From Acanthaster planci (lineage: Eukaryota): a stretch of DNA of 64,000 nt. Shown here in pieces: positions 12,746 to 26,100 of this stretch; positions within the stretch are counted from its first letter, which is position 1; the number at the start of each line of letters is the position of its first letter. A model generated the notes under the pieces. That model had not been told where the DNA came from and did not search any database. It saw nothing but the letters and a program-made list of their open reading frames with translations. The translations under genes and the position numbers were made by a program. Where the stretch lies: positions 1,550,961 through 1,614,960 of the forward strand of contig NW_019091358.1 in assembly GCF_001949145.1 (NCBI RefSeq), written 5' to 3'.

Positions 12746-14028
12746 GTCGCCAAATAATTGCTATACACTTTGAGCCCCAAGGATGCACGTGTTATTATTA
12801 TTAGGCCTATTATTATTTATTCATGCCAATTCTTTTTGTCACATACAAGACGGGCATAGGAGAGGCAATAGCGATAACAATCACCGAGGCCAAAGACCTG
12901 CCACCCCTCATCAAGTTGTGTATAGAATAAATAAATATAAATAAAATACTAAAATGTACATGTAGAAGTATTTGAAGCCAAAAATTAAAACTTAAAAATG
13001 TTTAAATATAAAAGAAAAGGAATTACTGGAAATGAATAAAGATAATGTAAGCAATTAAATATGAAATTAAATAGGTTAAATTAACAAGTTATTAATGATA
13101 ATGACACAATAATACACATGTATTATGAACTTGCGCAAGTCCAACGTAGCCGAGGAGTCCGACTCTCTGCCGCCCTTCCGCCTTGCATTGATCTGGCTTA
13201 TACATGTAGCTTGTTGGACCCTCTTCAGCATGTGTATGATTGCAAGAGCAGCATCTATTCGAAGCTAGGTGTTGATGGCCACGTGTAAGTTGTAGCTAGT
13301 CAGTGCCTCCCTAGTGTGTTGTGCAGACAGATTGGAGCTTATGCTGCCTGCAACAACAATGCTTTCCCAGGCCAGAAATCCCGGAGCGTTCCAGTGGTCC
13401 TCGATCCGGGATAGCTTCATGGAAGCCTATATCACATGTACATGCACTACTAAATTTCAATATAAATAAAATACCCTACTAAAATTTATTTATGAAGCTA
13501 TAGGACGATGTTTCTGCAAACTTTGGCTTCCTGTAGGCCTACGAAAACTGGTTGGGGGGTTAGGCGATTAGCAGGAACAAAAAAGTGAATCAAGCTGCCA
13601 TATTATTATCATTCTTTCTCAGTGGCACATAATCGATTACTTGTGTGGCAATGTACAGTAATTCAATTTGAAAACATGCACCGTACAACCGTTTCCATGT
13701 TATTAGGATGGGGATCCCGGGATTGGCCTAAATAAGCTCTACGCGCTGGGGTTGTCAACGTCTTTGATTGTGAAGTGGTATTTCGTTTTGTACTTATTTC
13801 GGGGCTGTATTATGTAATCCATATTGTCCGGACATACGGTAGGTTTATTGAAATTGGTGTACACGAGCAACGTGCATTATGCATTTGCGCAAAATGCAAT
13901 GAAAGTGTGTGTACCGTGTATTACAACGTCTGAACGTCAGGCCAGACGTTAGTTGTATATATAGTAGTAAGCAATTCTTGAGAGCACAGAGGCATTAAAG
14001 ACGCCGTTGAAATAATTTCAACCGGAAA

Positions 14029-14107
14029 ATGTCTGTAGTTTGTGGCAGATGCAACGAGAAAGAGGCTGTGCTTGAGTGTGCAGACTGTGTGGGCAGTAAG
14101 CGTCGTG
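14029..14107 (+). CDS. Tudor gene exon 1 (B-box first half: CGRCNEKEAVLECADC)
   Basis: aaaATG with an in-frame TGA upstream (14008-14010) and no AG between them; donor g|gtaggt. Confidence 0.82.
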
Positions 14108-17100
14108 GTAGGTGCTCATGTCCAAATTCAATCTCACCTGGAAAGTAGGCCTACATCATGTAAACAACGCATAGGCCTATTGTGTATCGCATATACAAAG
14201 TACATGTACATGTAGGCCCCAACGTTATATGTTATTGTAGAAGTAGTACTAGTTTCTACATAGGCCCTACATACATGAAGTAAACATGATGGCATAATAC
14301 ATGTAGTACCACATGTGCTCTCCTGTAGGCCTACTGCTTGAAGCTCTACTGCACAGTGCCATTGTCAATGTACATGTACTGATGTAGCGCAATCTTGCCG
14401 CACTCTCGCATATTTATTGTATACTCCATCCTGAGTTGATTTTCCCCAGATTTTGAATAACATAGGATAATCAAAGGAGTAGGCTCATGTAGAGCCCTGC
14501 AATGAACTGACTACTAACTAGATCATGTACGGCATGCCTATGGTATGCATGTCATTTGCCATGCATACATCATGTGCAATGCATACTGTGGAGCTGGAGC
14601 TCAATGAATGTACCACAGTGTAATGTTGTTTGTATAATACCCCAAGAAGTCTTGGGGGTTTGTCATCTGCCATGCTACCACGAATACGGCAGACAACAAA
14701 CCCCACAGTTCTGTGGTGGAATTTATGTAAGTGGTTCTCACAACCATCACCATAGAAGTTAGAACATGTACTGTACAGTATAGGCCTACAACTCTTCCAG
14801 CTGCCCCACATCTGTCCAGGACTTCGACTTGTGTCCACAACTTGCACAAGTTACCAGGTTAGGGCGTGCATGCCCAGCTTGTTAAGTTTCAAATTGGGAG
14901 TAATTGCAGAATACCCCGCCACTCTAAAAACGACCCCTTGAATTACTGGTTACGTGGGTACAAGGTGAAAATCCCTTGAGAAGAGTGTGACACTTTGACC
15001 TATACTTGGCTATGAGGTTGATTATGCGATGTGGCGGGGTATTCTGCAATTGAGCTACAATTTGAGGAGCCATAGTTGGGCATTGATGTGGCATGTAGGG
15101 GTTACGTGTACAAATGTATGTAATAATACTTATAATAACAAGCACTTGTAAAGTACCATATATCTAGCAAACTATTCAGAGGGGCTGTATTATCACGATC
15201 CCTGCGTGTTTGTGGGCATGCTTAAATTGGAGGATGCTCTCCACTGAGTATATTGTACATACACCCTGAGTCGAAGTGCACCCTGGCAAGAACTCCACAC
15301 ACAGATGCCACGAATTTGTACCTGAAGTGTATTACGTGTATGGAGCGGCGCGGACATCTGGGATTTTCGCAAAATGGCGGGTAGCAACCAATGAAAACAA
15401 CTGCAACAAAGGCACACTTACGTATTGATCAAAGAAATGATTGTGTCATCCGATCATCTGACTGGCTGATGCACGCATTGCCGCCATGGTCGCTGTTTTC
15501 ATTAGTTACTATCTGCCAATTTGCGAGAGTCCCAGATGTCCGTGCTGACCCATTAGCCATCTGAAAACAATAACATGACACAAAAAGTCAAATTTAGCAC
15601 GGATATATCATCATGTTGATGTCCATTCTTCCTTGCATCCTACATGTACATGTACACGTTGGTCTGTATAACGGTTATGTACTATAGATGTACATATGTG
15701 TAGTATCTTTGACAAGACACATATTTCTTTTGTTATTCAGGTGAATTGCTACCGCTGTGTGATGCTTGTAATGTATTAATCCATGTGGGATTTCTTAGTG
15801 AACACCAGGTGGTCTCTGTGGAAGTCAAAGTATGTGTCACAGTTTATGATTCTAACATGTAGGCCTACATGGAGTTGGTCTTGAATTACAGTCAGGATTA
15901 AGTTTGATTGAATTTAACCAGTTAACGTCGGATTTTCTGACCCGAAAAAGCAGCTGGGGGCTGTCTTTTTTTACCCACAAATTCTTCAATCCTGCAATTG
16001 CTCTTTGACCCAACCAAGCACGACGAGTTAATACGTCAACTGCGGAAATGAAAAAAGACGATAATAAAATGACACACTCTTTGAATTGCCCTTTTTTCTT
16101 ACAGCAACAGAAGAAGCTGTTTGAGGACCAACTTGAGAAGTTTAAAAGGTAAACTGCCTTTATACATTGTATACATACATGTAGTTTTGACAGGTTTGCT
16201 ACATGTAGATAAACCTATTACATGTACGTGCTGAAACATACTAAACATGCATATTTTGTACTGTACAAACTATTTCAGAATTCTCCTCGTGTGCTTAAAT
16301 GCCTCTGTTATCTGGGGACTGTACTGTGTTACACATGTTTTCAGAATTTTGGATGCCCCTTTTGTAATTTATTTGTTGTTAAATGACATCACAATTGTCT
16401 CTTCTGCAATAGACTTGAAATCAAGTCGGTAATTGGCCAGGTGTTGTCCACCTTCCTTGCGATGCGTACACAGTTCGGTTCGGCATGCAGTTTACTAACA
16501 TGCGGGACGGTCAGTGCAACCTCGTTCCCCAATATGTGTATTCGGTGGTGCCCAATTACCGACTTTAACAATCTGCAAGCCCTTTTATGCGCATAACATG
16601 GGGCTTGCTACCAAAATTGGACGGAGCACTCTGATTGGCTAGGAATCCCGATTATATGAATCTGTATTTTAGGGGCAGTTTGATTGGTCGGTTGAATGTT
16701 TACCAACAGCAACCAAAGTCTTGTTCATTGAAGAGGGTGTTTACATAATTCTAAAAAGAAGATTTACCATGAAAGCATCGTTTTCTTACCGTAAAATATA
16801 ATCAATAGATTAGTTCTTGAATATTTATGTATACTTTGTCTTTAAGTGTTGTATTAAAAGGGATCTTAATGCAAGATATGAAAAAACTGAGTCTCTTGGC
16901 GCTCTTCATGGCAAAGTACCGGTATGAATATGCAGTGCAGTTGTTGCATACATGAATATCCATCTGGAGTCAGGTTGGTCAAGTCGTTAGACGGACACTG
17001 AAAACCGGTACTGAACAGGTCACAACTACGTGTTGTATGTGGGCTCGGCCATATCAGCCTGGTACGCTGGATCGTGGGCAACAGTGAACATGCTCAGCAC

Positions 17101-20100
17101 CAATGTTGTAAAACAATGCAGCATGCTGGCTCATATTGTTCTGGACCACAAACACAACGGAGTAACGACTTGATTTCAAGTCTACTTCAGCGAATGTCTG
17201 CGTCTTGACATTTTGTATAGTGTCAGCTTTCGTTGTGACTACAGTGTACAGTACATGCACAAACTACATGTATACATACTGGTACATGTATGTACAGTAG
17301 GCTCAGTATGGCTGGATGGTTCATGTGATATATTGACTAATGGTCTTAGAGTATGTACATGTATGCCGCTACATTTACTGTACATGTACGTTTCCATGTA
17401 TTTCACAGTTCAGGTGTACTTTCATTGGTTTGTTACATTTGTTTCTATGCACCAGCTGTGGGAAACACCTGCAGTTGAAACTGAATGAGGTGTATTATGC
17501 AAGGCAAGATATTGAGCAGAGGTAAGAAATGTAATATGTGCAAAGTGAAAAAATAATAAGAAGAATCCATTATCCTATGAGTTTGTGATTAAGTGTTTAT
17601 AAGTTGCAGTCTCCAATATATTATGCGATCAGACAATATTACTCTTTTGTGTGTATAAATCTTCAACACAGTTGTAACCGTGGCTCCAGGATTCAGAGTG
17701 CATAACTGGGACTAAATTAAGAATTCTTGGAAATGTGTGTGTTACATTTTGATATTTCTCATGCTTCTTTTGTTTTTAATAGAGATGGTATTTTGATCTG
17801 GTATTGTGATTGGTGTCATTGTTAATACCTGCTATTTCAAAGCTGCAATTTCCTTGAAGGAAATTTTTTGTGAGATAACAGTTCACAAGATCCTTGCCTA
17901 AACACTTTGGCTCAAGGCTGGTTAATGCCAGTACTTCTGGCGAACGAAAAGGCAAAGTGACTGTGTTCATCACAAAAGTTGACAGAACATGTAGCAAAAT
18001 TTGCTTGAGTTGAAACGTGTTAAAGTTTCGTAAATTGGCAGCATGAGAATTTTACATATTTGTTGGCATTTTTACCAAGAACATTTTCACATATTAAGAG
18101 GCCTTTACCCTCTTCAAGTCTACCTTATGCGGCACCAGGAAGTGGCTCATCTGTGATGATTTGGGTGTCTGGTCAGGCTGTAGACTTCAATGAAATGTTG
18201 AAGTGTTTCCGAATGTGTTATGAGTCAGAGCAAAATTCTCTGCTGCTTGCATTGGACCTGATAGAAACACCACCTTGCTGTAAATTGTAGACCAGCCAAG
18301 AATGATGAGCATCTATGACCTTTGCAGTTGTGAGGTCTGATCAGGGTTGTGAAAATTCAGCATTTTAGCTGATTTCACTTTTTTTGTTTAGATATCAACC
18401 ATGAATTTCAACTTTTTTTTCACCTGGTCTGTGGAAAAGTATGGAACTTATTACATTTCAGCTTGTTGCAAGCTGTTTTCAGCTGTAATTTTAAGTGGCC
18501 ACTCACCATGCTCACACCCCAGTCTGATACAAATATTCCTACAGCATAATGCCACTTCTGATAATTTATGTGTTACATAACGTCTGTCTAAAGCTGAATA
18601 GGAGACAAACTTTTTTGTCAGTATGGTTTTTTTTAATAGAGGAGGCAGCTTTTTTTTAATAACTTGACTGGTACGTCGCAGTTCTTGTTTTGTGTGGCTA
18701 TTTCCTAGATTGAAGATTATTTTTATTCTTGCTCTAAATACTTTTGTGTCAAAAGTGAAGGAGTTGTACATGTAATCTCATCCAAATGGTTCATAAATTG
18801 AATTGATAGCCATGTAAATGCACCGTACACATACATGTACACCATGCATATAACATATTGTTAAAAATGTAAAAAAAAAAATGAAAAGACAATGCAAATA
18901 CCGTAATTTAAAAAAAGGAAAACCTTGAAAAAATAAAATTAAGGAAAGGTCATAGAAAAAGGAAGTGGCAAGGGCAAGGAACTCAGTTATTTTTTACACT
19001 GGTTATGCAGAAATTGCAATGAAATTGCAATACAAATTAACAGCACAAAAAGAATGTTTACCGGCAGAGTCTGAGTATTATTAGATGAAGATCAAGAAGA
19101 ATGGTAAGTTCTACATGTGCACATAGGCAGAGTGTGAATCAAATATCTTTGGTTTGACGTTTGAGTAGGTCCCAGTACAATCAACAAGTGGTCAGCCAGG
19201 CCTTGCAGGCCGTATGGCAAGCCTTGAAACAAAAGGAGAAGGAGCTGACCACTCCATTGAAAGAATCCAGCAAGAAGGAGGCCGCGCTTCTATCGGAATG
19301 CGAGAAGAGAATCAGTCAAGCTACCTCGGAATTCAAAAGTGTAAGTTCGTGTTGTACTTTGGTCTTGTTTTGTATAACTTTTCTTGATATTTTTTCAATG
19401 AAAGTAAATAAATGTAACCAGAGCTTGATGTTTCAAGATGTACATGTACTTTGGGTTGAGGAGATGTTAATTTTAATTGGGGGTTTTGCCCTTACCCGAC
19501 ATATATTTGTAAACATTGTATGTTCAGTGATTGTGGGAGAGCTTGCGAAAAAATCCATCCAACTCGAACCCACGACCTCCTGCTTACTAGTGTAGATGTC
19601 TTAACCCCTCCATCACAGAGCTTAATAGTGATTGAATTATTGTTGAAATCAAAAGCTATGTTTGAATGGGTACATGCACATGTACGTGTACCTAATGGTC
19701 TTACTGCACTTTGACAGATCGTTGTAAGCCTTTAAAGCCTTGAGTGTACCAGTATGGCTTACTTTTATCAGTGGTGTAAGCATAAAGGAAATGAGGCTGG
19801 ATTGGAGAGAGGCCTGGAAATGACAGAATGGATGTGCTTAGCCTGTGAAACTATGGATGTGCATGTAAATGACCCAATGACTTGCTAGGCTCTTGTCATG
19901 TACATATATCAGTACCTAGCAGGCATGTTTTAATAGCCCCTTATTTTCTGACGTGAGAAAGTCATTTGAGTGTAATATTAAATACCTTATACTGGCGTCA
20001 AGGACACAAACTTGCACCTCATGACTGTATTCAAGGGCATAGGCTGTTTTGGCCACGGGGAGTGTGTTTTTCAAGAAAGCGGAACTCCAACTTCTGGCAT

Positions 20101-23100
20101 TTTAATGAGGAAGGCAAGTGCACACGTGAAAAGCAGATTGTCCCAGATACATGTATTTGCGATTTTACATGTATTTGCTATTTTACTTTTTGGTCATCGG
20201 GTATCAAAAACCCCTGTACTTGCACCTTAATAAAATAACGTACTGCTGTTTCGTTTAAAAAATTAAAAATATGAACACCTCGTCCTCAAGAGGAACTCCC
20301 TTCTCCGGGGGAGGGTGGGGTCCACACCTCCCCAGCCTTCGCCCAATGTGTATGATGGAAGTGGGGCTGTTTGCGCAATGTACAGGGGTGTATACATGTT
20401 CTTGACCTTGCCAAGAAATATGGTATTGAAACTCGCCGAATATTCAGTGATAATGAAATGCCTCATCAGCAGTGTTATCTGCTGCATTGTACAGGTATTT
20501 TTTTTATTTTTCTTGGAACGGTGCAGCTGTTTCCGAGTCCTGCATTTTTTGGGCTACTTTAAGCATGTTCCTTGGTTATTGCTTTGGCTTCACATACAAA
20601 TTTCCTGTCATGGTCAAGAAAACGCACTCCAAAGCATACATAAAACTAGGGAGGTGAACAGTGCATTGGCTCACTGTAATCTGTATGAGTGGTCAAGAAT
20701 CCAGACCAAGATGACCATGCCTAATTAGATGCTTTCTTTCTGCTCATGTTTGTTAAGCTGTCCATGGATAAACAATCTTTTCCTGTGCATCCTTACCTTT
20801 ACCATACTTGATTCTCCAAACTTCACCAAAAGGTTTATGGGGATTTTTTAAAGAACAACAAGAGCTGTTCTGGCTGGTGTCCGGAATAGCTAAAAAGGTA
20901 GAACTGAGCTCCCATTACATTGCATTGACACTGGAGCCTCCTGAAGCCTCCTCCTAAAGAATGTGCCATTGATATCCTCCTCATGGATGACATTGAAGGA
21001 TTGCGGAAAGTTCCAGGTCAATATGAATGACCTTCTTGCTCTTCTGTTTCACTTCCAGTTGAGCACAGATGCCCAAAAGCTTCTACAAGGAAATTCACTT
21101 GAGTTCGCTCAGCAGTATGAAGGGTTGAAAAAGAAGGTTTGATAATTTTTTTCTGATGTGATGCAAACTATGCCTAGATTTTTGACAGTAATGAAAACAA
21201 GCAGATATTGTTTGGCGACCTTGTATTGTAGGTTGATGTGCATAGATGAAGTCTTGGGTGGTATTCTAGTGTTTCACAGGCTGTATTACTTTTTGTTGGC
21301 AAAGTTATTGAACTTAAGTGGTTTGTTAAGAATTAGACTGGGAGGTCATGGAAGAATTTATAGAGGTTGTTGTTAAGGTTTTGTTTTTCGTTCTGTCACA
21401 GCTGCTCTTATCTTAAACAGAATAACTAAAGGCGGTGTGCCTCAGGTTTACTTTTCCTTAAATACATGTACATTGCGTTTGATGATGTACCATGATTGCG
21501 TTTGATGATGTCATTTCTCCCACAGCTGGAAGAATTTGAAATTGGTGACGTCGGCAGTTCATTTCCCAGCTTGGGGCCTCCTGCTAGGCTAGATGTGACT
21601 GGACTCCTTCAGAACATAAAGGAACTCGGCCTAAGGTCTCTGGACACTGGTGAAATCCCCACGAGCGATGCTCCATCCAAGGATGAGGGAGGAGAAGTTG
21701 AGAAAGACCCTTCATTGCTTGGTGCCCAGGAAAAGAAGATGCCCGAATTACAGTCTCCCAAAGAAGGTACAGATCAAGCGTTTTCACCAATTCAGAATAT
21801 CAACCAGTTCAATTGGCCTATCCAGGTCTTCTTTTCAAAAAATGACTGTCTATTTTTTTCATCTGTAAAAGAATCATCGACCCCCCAAAGACAGGTGATA
21901 AGAATGTTTCTAAACTGCAGCTGTTTTTCAGTTCTTGAAAAAAGGCAGTAGAAAAAGGGGTAACCTGTATTGGGGAGAAGGGGGAACTAACTTGTCCCCC
22001 TACTCCCCTCCTCGCCACTGGATATGCCATTGTTTAGGTGGTTAGTTGGTTGAGACCCAATACTGAAACAACCAAGAAGGAATCAAGCACTGCGTAAACA
22101 GGTAAAGTACATACACAGCTGGCCTGTTCTTCCCTCAATCCAACAAAAAGTCCTCAAAAACCTGGTGGATGTTGAGAGATGTGGGGATGGATAGGGTAAA
22201 ACTGCAGTGTAATCAAATGAGGAGAATTCACTCCTTCAGTTGGATGAAGGAAGGACCCCCTGAGAGCCCTCACATGACAGTGGCAGACATTGGGACGTGT
22301 GGCGGCAATAAAACGCAATGTTTTGAATGTGTGTACAAATATGATGCAAGTGATAAAAAAAGAACTCCAGGTGTCTTAAACATCTCCCATGGTTTGTGTG
22401 ATCTCACTGAAATCATTCATCTGTACCATGAACACAATTTGGCATTGATCAAGTTAAATTGTCAGAGCTTTTGATAATTTGCTGTTTGCCTGACTTGCAT
22501 TTTATACCATATCCGGTGCGTAAGTGTGACGTCACTTCAGTTTATACATTGCCCACTGCACATAGAGTTACGTGGAACCATGGAACGGGAAGGTATGGTA
22601 ACGCACAACTTGAGTGCTCATCCAGTGGAAGTTTGCAATCATCAGTGAACTGCAGTGGGGCATCTGCATGTGTGAAGAAGTCACTTATGAACCGGATACG
22701 CATGAAATACTTGAGTAGAGATTTCCATATTCAGACCAAATCTCTGTCATCAGCTTTTGCTTGTCAGTTTGTGGTAGCACACTCCTACCAGTGATACACT
22801 TTTCTTTCCCTCCGTCCAAATTTCTCAGGTGACACTCTGCAAGTGTACGTGGAGAGTCGCCTGGACCCCAGAAGTCACTTTTGGGTCAGCCGAAACCTGA
22901 GCGAGGATGCAGCCAACGTCTATGAGAACCTCAGCTTCAGAATACGGTCAGTGTCTGTGCAGTCGTGATGTAACTGAGCACAGATTGTACATGGAAATCA
23001 CCAGCCAATGCTTTTGTGTGAGGGAGACCTAGTGAAGCAGGCCCACAATTATTTATTTATTCTCCTGCCACAGGCTGTCTCCTGTAGAGGAAACCAGGCT

Positions 23101-26100
23101 GCTTCTCTTGATCTGAACAATTTCCCACATTATACCATCTACACCGTTTCCTTTCTCGAACACTAAACCATACTCTTGCCTTTGTCATGCATCTCCCAAC
23201 CCCACAAGTAGGCGCAGCCGGAGCAACTTCAAACTACGTCCTGTATATTTAGAACTCAGAAGTAAGAGAAAAAATTGACATAGATGTCCCCTTTATTACA
23301 GAATTAATCATTTCTCACACCAGAATTTGAGTTTATGAAAAAATGTAGTCAGAAACCGAATGAAATTCTTCTAACTCATTAAATCTGGCCTACATTTAAA
23401 TTTGTTGTAAATTGATAACTCCATGAAACATGAAATCCTCAATAGACATATATCTAAGTCTTCTTCTCAATTTTGGGTTAACCTTAGGTAACATTAACAT
23501 TGTTCCTGTCTTCATCCATATATCCTTGTCTTCTGTAGGCAAGATATTGTGCAGAATCCCCTGTCTCAAGTGGATATTGAGGAGGGGATACTGTGTTGTG
23601 GGCAGTTCCAAGAGGACCATCGGTGGTACCGTGGCAGAGTTGAACAGCTAAGAAAGGACAAGGTCAGTCCCATCACTAGCTGACATACCCAAATGCCCAA
23701 CCTTGATTATACCTCATTACCCCACAATAACTGCCTACGTCAACATATTCAATCCTGTTGAAAGTGTGAAGCTGGTGGTTTTTGTTTTGTATATTAATAA
23801 CTGTCTTGGTTGGTTAGTGGTTAAAAGTGTGGGCATTTGCTCAGGCAACCGTGGCCTTTGGTTTTGTTAAGGGATTGGCTCGCATCAGATGGCTAGACTA
23901 CGCTCACGACAATGAGGTCCCGTTGGCTGCAGTGCAACCTTTGAAAGAGGAGTTTCAGACCCTGCCATTCCAGGTAATTATTACATGTCAATCATTACAA
24001 AGCATTTTTCACAAAGTTTGGTCACAGGTTATGCGTCTTAACATGCAAGTAGAACATCGCTGATGCACCTTAATGACAAAGTTTGGCAATGAGAAGACTG
24101 AACTGCATGTTCATTTTAAATGATTACGTTTGTATTCATCGAGGGTGTGAGTTCATGGTTTTTTCAGATTTCAGGATTTTGACATGACGATTTGTGGATT
24201 TTTAGAGATTTCATCATTCAGGTTTTGCCAACACTTTCGCAGTGTGAGATACACAAGTGTACAGCCATTCACTGAATTTTTGTTTTGTCCGTTATTCAAT
24301 CACTCATCTGGTTTTTTTTTGGGGGGGTGGGGGTTAGATTTCCCTTCATCTCTGAATCTCATTTTTGATGTGTTCCTGTCCATTTCCTTGCTGCACAGTT
24401 CTGAAGTGCTTTTGTGGCAAGAACTCTAAATTTGGGAATAAGTTGAAAGGTTATGACATCGATGCCCTAACTATTTGAGCAATCTTTATCTGCTTCAATG
24501 ACAACTCAGTGATGCTAGTACCTTGGCGATCAATGCTTGAGAATCAGCCAGGTCCTTAGCAGAGTAGGCCATCTGATAACTGCATTCTTCTGACGATGGA
24601 TAGAGCATACTGTCCAATTTATGGAGATAACCGGTGCTTTTCAGAACCTTAACTATGGCAAACCTTTGTTGTATTTAACTGTGAAGTGACCCATGCTTTG
24701 TCCTGTTCTTCCATTGTCCTCATCAGGCCCTTGAGTGTAGTTTGTTTGAGGATCTGGATGAGGACCTACCCCATCAAGCCCGCTGGGAGTTCTCTGATCA
24801 CACTGCAAATGTCTTACTTGACTGTGCCATACTGAAGAAGGTAAAAGAAGGTGGAAGTAGCTTAACCCTAACCCTCCAAGGTACCGGTATTTTGGCTTGA
24901 AACCATGCCAGTGGAACTTCCACTGTTTTTTGTACATGAAAGTTCCACAACTGTCATTGCCCGAAAAACCAGAGCTTTCTGCAGACAGAAATTAGACTTT
25001 GGATCATTTTGAAGTGTAAGAAAGTTTGGGAAAGAAGTTGTCAAATGTCATTACAGCCTGGTTTTGGGATGGTGGGTCGCATTTGTCAGTGTGGCTTGCT
25101 CGCATAGTGAAACAAAATCCAGCAGGTCAGCTATCCCTGAGGCCAAGCAACCTTGGAGTCTGTTGTTGGCACCTACAACAAGACCTGACATTGGCAACGT
25201 CCAATGGGACCAGCTCCCATTGCCTCAACTTGGGGAGTTTATGTAGCTGTTGTTGATTCCCCAGTGCAACAAAGTGTACCAGTCTTTTACGTCTGCTGCA
25301 TATTTAGTCTGGAAGAGTTAGGGTTAAACTTAGGCACTATTTGGTACCAGATTTACAAAGCATGAACTACTGTTAGGCAACTGGATGAGCTAAATATTAG
25401 CTGACAGTCTGTCAAAAGCAACATGCGTCACTTGACGCTTTGGTTAGTTATCAGTTTGTGTACTTTATTGTGCATACATTTCTTTGTTTGCTCAGGATGT
25501 TGTGATGTAATAAAAAACGTCTGTGGCGGATGAAGGAGAGCATGTGAAGGTCCTTCAATTTGTGCACATTCAGTTACCAATTCAAATTTGTGCTACGTGC
25601 CATAAGCACACAAGCAGTGCACCAACTTGTTTTTTTACCCAACTCACCAATCACCAAAGTGTCAGGACACGCCTTTCCATTGTTAGGTGTGTATCCATAT
25701 TTTGAAGTTCTGTTGCCTTTTGAAATTGAGATTTACGTAGACTTCTGTTGGGATCATCAGGTGTCATCAGCTTTGGATGGCAAAAGCCATGTGTACCTGG
25801 TTGAACTAAAAAACCCGGACAAAGAAGTCGACATCAAGGGAGCCGTTGTGCAGAAAGGTATGCCAGGGACATAGTCTGCTTTCATTGGGACATATTAAGG
25901 GGTTGGATCACTGTAATCTGAGGAAGTCCAAGTAGGTGACAGAAGCATTGTGTCTGCCAATGTACAAAATTATGGGTTGTAGTTTATGAACAACTTCCAG
26001 CCTAGTGCGTTTGTCATTTACAAAGGAGATTTCTGAAGTATCAGGTGGTCACATGGCCATAGGGGACTGTACCCTCAAGCAACCATAATTCTCCATAAGC

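Noticed and set aside
13130..13430. GC-richer stretch as an upstream RING exon or separate gene
   Set aside because: No RING cysteine pattern, stops are present and no usable splice chain was found; probably an unidentified repeat fragment.
24222..24450. Candidate exons 24222-24243 and 24399-~24449 after Tudor 1 PFQ
   Set aside because: 24399 gives an immediate stop in phase 0. Exon 24727 (ALECSL) supplies the expected Tudor continuation directly.
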